From an uncultured delta proteobacterium (GTDB lineage: Bacteria; Desulfobacterota; RBG-13-43-22), in NCBI GenBank assembly GCA_963843145.1, contig CAWJJC010000012.1, forward strand, positions 96,001-160,000: a stretch of DNA of 64,000 nucleotides, given 5' to 3'. Positions 55,112 through 64,000 of the stretch are shown here, piece by piece (the stretch's first letter is position 1; each line of letters opens with the position of its first letter). Both the position numbers and the translations under genes were made by a program. The notes beneath the pieces were generated by a model, which did no database searches, was not told where the DNA came from, and saw nothing but the letters and a program-made list of their open reading frames with translations.

Positions 55112-56395
55112 ATGATTCCCGCCATCCTTAAAGTGCTGTTGGTCTTTGTCCTGATCCTGATCCTAAACCGGGTTCGGGTCAGTTTAAGCCTCTCTCTGCT
55201 TGCCGGCTCCCTGGTCCTGGGGTTCTGGATGAATCTCGGCCCGGTGGAAGTGGCCGTCAGCATTCTGAAAAGCCTGGCTAAACTGCAGACGATCAGCCTG
55301 ATCCTGATCGTGGGATTTATCCTGGTGCTCAGTCGCCTGATGCAGGAGAGCCGGCATCTGGACCGAATTGTAGCCGGGTTTATGAGCCTCTCGCGGGATG
55401 ACCGGACCGCCGCGGCGGTGCTGCCGGCCCTGATCGGGCTGCTGCCCATGCCCGGGGGGGCTCTGTTTTCCGCCCCCATGGTGGAAACGGCCTTGTGCCG
55501 CAACCCGATGACCGGGGAACAGCGGACAGCGGTCAACTACTGGTTCCGGCACATCTGGGAATACTGGTGGCCCCTCTACCCGGGGGTGGTCCTGGCGGTG
55601 GCCCTACTGCGGGTGGAACCCTGGCTGTTTATGGCCTTCATGGCCCCCATGACCGTCGTCACGGTCCTGGCCGGCGTACTGTTTATATTGAAACCCCTGG
55701 GGTCCGGGACCGTCCGCCAAGAGGCGGGATTTTCCTGGGCGGGGCTGAAAGGATTTTTATGGGAGATTATGCCGATCCTGACCGTCGTCCTGGTCCTTCT
55801 GGGAATGGCCGGGGTGATCGGGATCCTGAACCGGGCCGGAGTGGCCTGGAAAATTCCAGGCGCCGTTTCCATTCTCCCCGGGCTCCTGGCCGCCATCATC
55901 TGGGTCCTGCTGGTCAACCGGCTTTCCTTCGGGCAACTGAAGGCGGCCGTGGTGGATCGGAAAAACGTCTCCCTCCTGCTGCTGGTGGCCGCCATCATGG
56001 TCTTCGAAGGGCTGATGACGGACAGCCGGGCCGTGGTCGAGATCCGCAATGAACTGATGGCCTACCATATCCCGCTGGCGCTGGTGATCACCATTATGCC
56101 CTTCCTGTCCGGGGTGGTCACGGGGATCGCCATCGGCTTTGTAGGGGCCTCGTTCCCGCTGATCATCCCCCTCTTCCCGGCCGGGTCCCTGTTTGATTAC
56201 CTTTCTTATGCCGCCCTGGCCTACAGCTTCGGTTATATGGGCATGATGCTCTCCCCGGTACATCTCTGCTTCCTGGTCACCAAGGATTATTTCCGGGCTA
56301 GCTTGTTCGGCAGCTACCGCTTTTTTTATCTATCCGCCTTTAGTGTCATGGGTGCGGCCATCGTTTTGTTTTTAATATCCAGGATCCTTCAATGA
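55112..56395 (+). CDS. DUF401 family membrane protein
   Basis: GLLPMPGGALFSAP, NYWFRH, SPVHLC. Confidence 0.88.
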   Translation: MIPAILKVLLVFVLILILNRVRVSLSLSLLAGSLVLGFWMNLGPVEVAVSILKSLAKLQTISLILIVGFILVLSRLMQESRHLDRIVAGFMSLSRDDRTAAAVLPALIGLLPMPGGALFSAPMVETALCRNPMTGEQRTAVNYWFRHIWEYWWPLYPGVVLAVALLRVEPWLFMAFMAPMTVVTVLAGVLFILKPLGSGTVRQEAGFSWAGLKGFLWEIMPILTVVLVLLGMAGVIGILNRAGVAWKIPGAVSILPGLLAAIIWVLLVNRLSFGQLKAAVVDRKNVSLLLLVAAIMVFEGLMTDSRAVVEIRNELMAYHIPLALVITIMPFLSGVVTGIAIGFVGASFPLIIPLFPAGSLFDYLSYAALAYSFGYMGMMLSPVHLCFLVTKDYFRASLFGSYRFFYLSAFSVMGAAIVLFLISRILQ

Positions 56396-56575
56396 CCGGA
56401 GAATTCATTTATGGCCCGTACGAAATACGGGAGGCCGATTCACCTAATTTTTCCGCCGGACTAATGCCCAACCGGAATCGCCTCCGGCTTTGTGGGGGCA
56501 ACATTTTGCTTTCACCTACTACTCTTCAAAAAAGATAGCCTCGAAAATCAAAAATTACCGTTTGAAATAAACAAT

Positions 56576-56686
56576 GTGCCCCAAGGCATCGAAGGCTTTT
56601 TCTTGCCGGTTGTCCTTGGAGCGGTAGAGGATCCGGGATTCTTCTGGGGGATAAGTCAGGCGTTCTTGAGAGAAAGAGGCCCGGTA
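56576..56686 (-). pseudogene. IS91-family (Y2 rolling-circle) transposase remnant
   Basis: Minus-strand frame YRASFSQERLTYPPEESRILYRSKDNRQEKAFDAL resembles the recalled RASFSQERMTY..YxSKD..FDAL segment of deltaproteobacterial IS91 transposases. Confidence 0.6.
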
Positions 56687-57039
56687 ATGTATTACTCTCT
56701 TGGGAGGCGCATTTCAAGTGGCAACCGTCATTGTTTCCATGTTTCCTTGTTGTGTTATGGGTAGAGGCGGTGTTAGGATTTAGCTGACGCGCCAGGCCCG
56801 CATGAACGGCAGCCGGTTCACTCCGGTGCCTCGAACATGACAGCCTTCGGAAAAGGTGGGGTGGGAATTGCCGAGGTGGACGTAGGGCAGGGTAGTATAT
56901 TCGTTACAGGTATTCCCTGCCGGTTGGAATAGCACCAATTCCAACCGGCGTTGCCAAACGTTGATAAGGCACATTGGATGTCTTTTGGCAAGGAGACTGC
57001 CTGATGGCACAGCCTCCCTGAGGGTTTCTGACCGGGATG

Positions 57040-59863
57040 TCAGTGCAGGATCAACGGCAGGAATATGGTGAATACTTTGGTAATGGTATATGTCTCACCG
57101 CTGGTGTAAGGCCGGCCGGCCAGCGGGTTCCCGACCAGGTCGGCGATGGTTGCGCTGACAGGTACTTCCAAGCGGATGGTGCCGTTGCCGCTTCCTGTGT
57201 TGACTGTCACAGCGTAGACATTACCCGAACCACTGACACCGGTCACGTAAGCGCCTAAAACACCCGTTGTTGTGAGAGAGAAGTCGGTCACATCAACACC
57301 CATCACAAATTCAGAGAACGTGACGGTGAAATTCACGCTGGCAAGATTGGTAGGACTGGGATTTGCAAGCAGGCTGGACGAAACAATGGGAGAGATCACG
57401 TCGTATACGCGGCTGAATTGCGTGGCAATCGTGTTGCCGTTGCCTGCCAAATCTGTTGCCACGCCCGCGGCAATATCTGCAGTGACCAATCCCTGCACGC
57501 CAGGCGTGAGATCAAAGGTGTAACTTGCACCGCTACCCGTGAAGTTGCTGACCGCGCCATTCGCAGGAACGATGTCGGTGGATGTAAAGCCGGTGACGCT
57601 TTCGCTGAAGGTCACCCTGACCGCAATAGGTGAAGTATTGGTCGGATCGGAGGCGAGCGAAGTCATCGTCACGGTCGGTGCAGTGGTGTCGATCACCCAG
57701 GTATATGTTGCCGTGCTGCTGTTGGTCGCCGCGTCGGTGACACGCACTGTGAAGGTGTGAGAGCCTTCGCCCAGTGGTCCCGCATAGGACTGGCTGCCGG
57801 TCGTGGTGCAGGTCGCAAATGATCCGTCATCCAGTTTACAATCGACAGATGTTGGGCTTCCAGCGGGTGTGAACGTAAAGGCAGCCGAAGTGCTGTTGGT
57901 CGGGTTGGTGGGATGGGTGTCGATCGTCACGGTCGGTGCAGTGGTGTCGATGCCTGCGATAGCATCAGACAGGCTGTAAGCGGTATTCCCGAGAGCGTCT
58001 ACCGCTTTATAACATACCTTTGTGCCGTTGTCAGACTCAGATGAGAATGTCTGGCTGGAATATGCAATAAAGGCCAAACTGCTGTCGCAGATCGTGCCGG
58101 TGGTATTGCTCATCATCAATGTGCCGCCCGGCGCACTGGCTGTAATGGTTTTGTTCAACGCTGCGCTGGTGTCAGGTTCGGTGATCGTGATCGTCGGAGC
58201 AGTTGTATCAATCACGTAGGTCTGGTCAATGCTGGGTTCGCTGACCGCAGGGCATTGCCTCCCAAATCTGTGATGGTTGGTGTAGCGCTAAGATTGAGGT
58301 TGACATCACCATTAAAACTTGCCAAATCACCTCCGGAGATGGTCACATCATAAGTGCTGGTAGTAACCTGGGAGACGGCGTTGACTGTTGCAGTGCTCGT
58401 AGAGTTCTTAACGAAATCGGCAATATCCACATGCGTCATAGGTTCGCTGAACGTGGCCAGGAAGGTGAGAGTATCCGCGTTCGTGGGGCTGGTGGCCGGT
58501 GTCTTCAGGGTGAATGAAGTCACACTGGGTGCGATAAAGTCATCTTGCTCAAACGCGCCGATGTCACAGTGCGACCCTTGTGGACGAGAGACGCCGCGCT
58601 GGTCGGTGGGAGGACAGACACCATCGTCCCCCGTATTGATGGCTGAGGAGCCTGCCAGGAGCGGGATGGTCTTGGTGAAACCGCCATAGTTGCCGAGCGT
58701 GCCGAGCATGGGGTCAGCGGGAATTATATTCGTGCAAGTGCTTCCAGTAGGGCAATCGCCCTCCACGACACTATCCCTCACGATGGGAACACCAGCAGTG
58801 AAGTTGTAAATCTGCGCACCGCTGGGAGCTGTATTGCCCCAGAAGATCGCGTTATAGATTATTGGAGCACTGGTAACATTGTACATCCCGCCGCCTTCCG
58901 ACACAGCCGAATTATCGCTAAAGGTGACGTTCCAAAGGTTCGGAGCGCTGGTATCGTTGTACATCCCGCCGCCTTCCGACACAGCCGAATTATCGCTGAA
59001 GGTAACGTTAATAAGGTGCGTACTGCTGGTAAAGTTGTACATCCCGCCGCCATATGTCGCCGAGTTGTTGTTGAAGGTGACATTCGTCAACGGATGATTG
59101 CTGGTAAAGTTGTATATTCCGCCGCCATATGTCGCCGAGTTGTTGTTGAAGGTGACATTCGTCAACGATATAAGATGGCTGGTATCGTTGTACATCCCGC
59201 CACCTTCCTGCCCAGCCGAATTATCGCTGAAAGTAACGTTCATCAACGTTGGATTGCTGGTATAGTTGTACATCCCGCCACCACAATTACTGGCTGAATT
59301 GCCGCTTAATATGACGTTCATCAACATTGGATTGCTGGTAGGGTTGTACATTCCGCCACCGCAATTATTGGGTTTGGTATCGTCATTAGCATTTCCCGCC
59401 GTGATTGTGAAGCCATCCAGGATCGCGCCGGTTACGCCGATGACAACGTGATACGAATTGTCGCTGTTGCTTGCAGTGCCAATCTCACCGCTCAGAATGT
59501 GACGTTGGCCGCAGGATTGCGCTGAGTGCGTGCCTCCTCGGTTCCGATGAAACCGCCGTAGAGGGCGACTCCATTCTTGAGTTGGAAGGTATCGGTGCGG
59601 AGTGTGCCGGGGGTGTATGTCCCGGCCGCAGCCCAGATCTCAGTGCAGGGGGGTGCGCCCAGCGCCGATTTCAGATCAGTATAGGCATTCGTCCAGGATG
59701 TGCCGGAGTTGGTTCCGCTGGCATTCCACTTGACGTAACATTCCCCCGCCGCGTGCGCAGGCGTTACATCTAAGGTGCCAAAGGTAAGCGCCAGTATGAA
59801 CAATATGAACAAAAGGTTAAACGAGATTGGATACAAACGAGGAATTGATCTCTTTTTGAACAT
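57040..59863 (-). pseudogene. Frameshifted large surface protein (beta-helix, choice-of-anchor Q, Ig-like repeats) with C-terminal FLPLI motif
   Basis: ORFs 59492-59944, 58212-59351 and 57040-58215 join through two frameshifts; signal peptide; ends VFTIFLPLILH*. Confidence 0.8.
58879..59365 (-). repeat. Intragenic 75-78 nt tandem repeats (GGGMYN..NVTFS.NSA)
   Basis: TTGTA(C/T)AT(C/T)CCGCC recurs at 58879, 58957, 59035, 59110 and further copies. Confidence 0.85.
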
Positions 59864-60369
59864 GCCTACACTCCCCGATGGATACAAGAATCTGAAGAAC
59901 CGAGGCTCGATCAGTCCTTGGTACCTTCTAAAAGTATCGGTCAATGTCTGTTTTTGTTTAATATAATAAGTAAATTAAGCGCCAGAGCGCCTCCTAACCC
60001 AGGTCTTTCACCAAGCCAATCAATCCCTTGAGGCAAAGATGGGCTTTCCTCCCAAAATTATCAATAAACTAATGGATTTTGGCCTTCTCCTTTTCAGTCG
60101 GGACAGAATACCGACCTGGGATGCCCCACCTCTGTCCCACCTTTTAGCCGTGCGAGGGTTTATTTGTCCCCCTGAAACCAAATTCCTACCTGCCCGGCCC
60201 CGGTAACAAGAAGGCCGGAGGTTCCTCTCCTGTCCCTTTTTACTCCCTTCCCCACGCCTCAGCCCAAGATGACTTCTAAAAGGCTTGCGAAGAAGGGAAA
60301 TTCGGGCGTACTATCAGAAAAAAAGGAAGGTGATGTGGATTAAATTTTAAGAAGGAAGTCGGTGACACA

Positions 60370-60582
60370 ATGAATATAGGCGGATTTTCATGGAAAAGAC
60401 TTGCTGGGATTTCAGCGGCTAAATCCCGAATTTCCCGATCTATTGGTATTCCCCTCACCAAAAGTGGTAGACAAAGAAAAGTAGGGAGAATGGTCATGGG
60501 AAAAGGTTGCCTAACTTCTATTATTCTCCTCGCCCTGGCCCTTCTGCTATTAACCTTGTCCTGTGGTGGTGGGTCATTTTGA
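60370..60582 (+). CDS. Small basic conserved hypothetical protein
   Basis: GFSWKR..GIS..K..ISR..GIPLTKSGRQRK.G motif plus a hydrophobic tail. Confidence 0.65.
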   Translation: MNIGGFSWKRLAGISAAKSRISRSIGIPLTKSGRQRKVGRMVMGKGCLTSIILLALALLLLTLSCGGGSF

Positions 60583-60906
60583 CAACTGTTGTCGGGTTCC
60601 CCCGGACCCGGAATCAAAAAAGACCGGTTTGGCCCCGATCCGGCCCCTGGTCTCCTTCAACCCTCAGCAAAAAAAGGCCCCACGTTCTGGAAGGCCCCTC
60701 GAATTTTTAACCCGTTCACGCCCGCAACCGCCGCCGGATCTTAAACCTAAAAGGCTCACTCGAACTGACCCGCATCAGCCGGATACCATGGTACCCCCTC
60801 GGCGGCACATTCCTTTATGCTCCAGGGTTCCTCGGTCAGGATCTCCAGAGCGTTCCAGTAATCTTCGTCCAGAAAGGGGATGTCGGTCATTGGGAGAGGG
60901 TTTCAT

Positions 60907-61386
60907 TCATATAACTCCACGACATGCGAGCAGATTTATTGCCTTCATCGTCATCACTACTTGTCCGTGCTGATTGAGCGACTCACAGAAAGAATGAAGA
61001 ACCCCTCGATCGGGCTTCGAACGCGACCGCCTGGTTTCAGTGACCGTTACTCTAATCGATAGGGTGTCACCTGGTCTAACAGGATTTAGCCAACGTAGCT
61101 CATCAACTCCGGGCGATCCCAGGCTAGCCACATGTGAAAGATAATGATCTACGACTAAGCGCATCATGAGGCTGGCTGTATGCCAACCGCTGGCTATCAG
61201 ACCACCGTACATCGATTTTGCAGCAGCCTCCGGATCTGTATGGAAGGGCTGAGGATCGAACCTCCTGGCAAATGAGATGATTTCCTCCTCTTCAACGGAG
61301 ATTGAACCAAACTCATAAACCGCACCAGGGATGTAATCTTCAAAAAACCGCTGGTCAATCGGGGTAGTGAACGTTTCCGGTTTCAT
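60907..61386 (-). CDS. MaoC family dehydratase
   Basis: [28 protein letters not shown]. Confidence 0.92.
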   Translation of the reverse strand: MKPETFTTPIDQRFFEDYIPGAVYEFGSISVEEEEIISFARRFDPQPFHTDPEAAAKSMYGGLIASGWHTASLMMRLVVDHYLSHVASLGSPGVDELRWLNPVRPGDTLSIRVTVTETRRSRSKPDRGVLHSFCESLNQHGQVVMTMKAINLLACRGVI

Positions 61387-61936
61387 AGAACTCCTTGCTG
61401 AATGAGCAGGTCGGTCAATGGATTAACGAAACTGGAAGGCAGGTTATCTTAGTTAATGTGGCTCCTTTGAATGTCCCCATTCTACAAGGGTTCGGGAGAA
61501 ATAAACAGGAGGTTTTGTCAGGCAGGAACCCTTAATTGGAGGGTGTCCTTAACGAATTGCGTTTATACTCTGTCATTTCTATGAATTGGCAACTTAAAGG
61601 ACTACAGGAAGCAATTCTTCGGAGGCCCCCGACCGCCCCTAAAAATTACATTTTCTGATAACCCGAATGATTCCCCCAAAAAACTCCAGATCTTGATTAA
61701 GAGTCCATCCGAAGTGGCTCAAAGGAAGAATATGAATACGGTAAACATTTTGGAGCTCCCTCCTTGGATTCAAGGTGAGGAGATCGACCGGGTCCTCTTT
61801 TTCTGTCTTTTCAGCGATTTTCCTGCTATACCTTTACCAGGACCATCCTCCCCTGGCCGACTGGTTGGCTGCCTCCTCTGGGGGGGTGACGGGAATGAAT
61901 CGCCGCGCCCCGGTCCGAGCAAAACATCCGGGAGGT

Positions 61937-63190
61937 ATGGCAACTCGAGTGAACCAAAAGATCACCCCGTTCTGGCTATTGTTCGTGCTGACCGGTCTCA
62001 ATCTCCTTAATTATCTGGATCGGTATGTACTCAGCGCTGTGCGGACGCCGCTGGCGGCCGAGTTCGGGTTAAGTTACGGTGAATCGGGACGTATCTTTAC
62101 CACCTTCATGATTGGGTATTTTTTTACTTCTCCGCTCTTCGGCTACCTGGGGGATCGGGTTTCACGCAAGGGGTTGATTGCTGCTGGTATTTTCGTCTGG
62201 AGTTTGGGCACGGTGCTGACCGGATGGGCGGCTGGTTTCGGGCAGCTCATCTTATTTCGAGTCCTGGTCGGGGTGGGCGAAGCCAGCTATGCCAGTGTCA
62301 GTCCCAGTCTGATTTCAGACAGTTACGGACCGAAACGGCGCAACAACGCCTTGACGGTATTTTATCTGGCAATTCCGGTGGGGACCGCCCTGGGGTTTAT
62401 TCTCGGAGGGGCCATCGCGGCCCACTGGGGCTGGCGTTACGCCTTTCTCTGGGCCGGCGCCCCGGGGCTGCTGTTGGCCTTCGTGCTGCTCCCTTTCCGG
62501 GAGCCGAAGCGGGGGGAAGCAGAGGCCGTGGAGGGGCAGACCCTGACTAAGCCCGGTGTCAGGGATGTCTTTGGGCTTTTTAAGAATAGCCATTATATGC
62601 TGGTGGTCTGGGGGTACGTGGCCTATACCTTCGCCCTGGGGGCCTTCGCCTTTTGGGGGCCCACTTTCCTGGAGCGGGTTCACCACCTGCCGACCGACAA
62701 GGCCGGCAGTTTCATGGGCGGGGTGATCATCTTCTCAGGGCTGGTGGGGACCCTATTGGGCGGGTTTACGGCGACCCGCTGGCAGCAGCGTAACCCCGCC
62801 GGCTATGCCTGGATGTTGGGTTGCGCGGTTGTACTGGCGGTGCCCACTTCCTTCCTGGCTTTGATCTCCACCACGGTCACCTTGACCATGGTTCTTCTCG
62901 GGGCCTCCATCTTTCTCCTTTTTCTCTGCACGGGGCCGGTAAATACCCTGATCCTGGAAACCGTACCGGTTAACCTCCGGTCCAGCGCCATGGCCCTGTC
63001 GATTTTTTTGATCCATCTCTTCGGCGACTTATGGTCCCCGGAAATCGTCGGTCGACTGGCCGACCACCTGGGGAATGACTTGCGCAGGGGGATGCTGATC
63101 CTTCCGTTTTTTTTAATGCTGGCGGCCTTATCATGGCTGGGCCTGACCTGGAAGATCGTTAAGGCGCATGGTTGTTTAAGGTCATTCTGA
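61937..63190 (+). CDS. MFS transporter (Spinster-like)
   Basis: NLLNYLDR, GYLGDRVSRK, GVGEASY; GGAGGT RBS. Confidence 0.9.
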   Translation: MATRVNQKITPFWLLFVLTGLNLLNYLDRYVLSAVRTPLAAEFGLSYGESGRIFTTFMIGYFFTSPLFGYLGDRVSRKGLIAAGIFVWSLGTVLTGWAAGFGQLILFRVLVGVGEASYASVSPSLISDSYGPKRRNNALTVFYLAIPVGTALGFILGGAIAAHWGWRYAFLWAGAPGLLLAFVLLPFREPKRGEAEAVEGQTLTKPGVRDVFGLFKNSHYMLVVWGYVAYTFALGAFAFWGPTFLERVHHLPTDKAGSFMGGVIIFSGLVGTLLGGFTATRWQQRNPAGYAWMLGCAVVLAVPTSFLALISTTVTLTMVLLGASIFLLFLCTGPVNTLILETVPVNLRSSAMALSIFLIHLFGDLWSPEIVGRLADHLGNDLRRGMLILPFFLMLAALSWLGLTWKIVKAHGCLRSF

Positions 63191-63199
63191 AAGAAAGAA

Positions 63200-63525
63200 A
63201 GGGTCTCGTATTAACGGTCTCAAAATAATATTGACAGGGTTCCTTCAACGCCGCCAGTAACAACAAAAGACAAAAGACGATCTCTCACAGAGCACACCGA
63301 GATCGCAGAGAATAGTTAATTTCTGATTGCCGCTGAGAAGGCCGGCAATCAGAAAAAATCTCCCGCTCCGCGAATAAGACCCCGCCGGAGGCGTGAGCTG
63401 TTTTGAAAAATCGGCCTCTCAGCGATTTTTCAAAACAGCGATTCGTCTTTCTCTGTGTCCTCGGCGAACTCGAGCGAAGCGGGCGAGAGAAAAAACACCC
63501 CCTGTAAATACAATTATGAGACTCT
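63200..63525. repeat. Nested MITE-like palindromic element
   Basis: Outer imperfect IR GGGTCTCGTATT / AATTATGAGACTC. Inner ACAGAG..CTCTGTG arms and hairpins TTCTGATTGCCG..CGGCAATCAGAA and GCTGTTTTGAAAAATCG..CGATTTTTCAAAACAGC. Confidence 0.65.
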
Positions 63526-63674
63526 TAATAAGTCCAATTCTGGGTTAATAACCTAAAAAAGCGCTGATTTCTCCGCCTGCGGAGACCATGCCGGGAGCCG
63601 GCCTTAATATGTAATTATTAAATTTTAATTAAATTATTGTTTGACAATTATGATATTTAAATTATATTAATTCC

Positions 63675-64000
63675 ATGAAGATTATCCCGCGGATATACGA
63701 TGCTTATTTCCAGCGTTCCTTGGCCGGTTCCCTGATCACCGTTCTTCTCGGTCCCAGACAAACCGGCAAGACCACTACCGTTAATCATTATCTGGAGGGC
63801 GTCCCCCCTGACCGGAAATTTTATCTGAACCTGGATTCCTCGTTCGAGCGCGACCGAGTTGTCGGACGGGAAACCTATCTGACGGAACGAATAGAAGAAA
63901 CCTTGGGTTTCAAACTGGACCAGTTGAGAGAACGCTTTTACCTGTTCGTTGACGAGGCCCAAAAGCTGCCCTTGATTTTTGAAATCGTTAAAATGCTGAA
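63675..64000 (+). CDS. AAA_14 (DUF4143-type) ATPase, runs off the window
   Basis: MKIIPR..LLGPRQTGKTT..YLNLD..LFVDEAQK. Confidence 0.85.
   Translation, partial: MKIIPRIYDAYFQRSLAGSLITVLLGPRQTGKTTTVNHYLEGVPPDRKFYLNLDSSFERDRVVGRETYLTERIEETLGFKLDQLRERFYLFVDEAQKLPLIFEIVKML

Noticed and set aside
58879-59365. Regularly spaced repeats as a CRISPR array
   Set aside because: The repeats are in-frame coding units of a beta-helix, the 'spacers' resemble each other, and no cas genes are present.

Overview
This window looks like a Desulfobacterota (deltaproteobacterial) chromosome segment; the taxonomy is inferred from gene content and order. A conserved backbone runs through it: comEC; murA-prmC-prfA-DUF1385-rpmE-rho; rluD-PIN/TRAM-carD-rlmD; radA; tRNA-Gly; rimP-nusA-infB-rbfA-truB-rpsO-pnp-dut; mobA-gatB-mtnA. 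Three accessory zones interrupt it. (1) At 1-7570 a RAYT-type transposase end is followed by an integron-like cassette array with at least 5-6 attC sites and no integrase in the window. The array includes a receiver-domain-LpxC fusion, and two unrelated cassettes start with the same ~85-95 nt structured element. (2) At 15209-20537 lie an attC plus hicBA cassette, a RAYT stub, and a diverged 363-bp duplicate of the murA 3' end bounded by inverted GGGGTCGGACCC motifs. Two frameshifted Chloroflexota-like surface-protein genes and an Rhs remnant follow. (3) At 56400-60900 an IS91-like remnant sits beside another frameshifted Chloroflexota-like surface protein. Other points: a DsbA/FrnE-like selenoprotein (UPWC) that the ORF track truncates, a perfect 32-bp inverted repeat around 149 bp upstream of an activase gene, a prmC frameshift, and several MITE/REP-like repeats. 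All calls are by eye and no searches were run.
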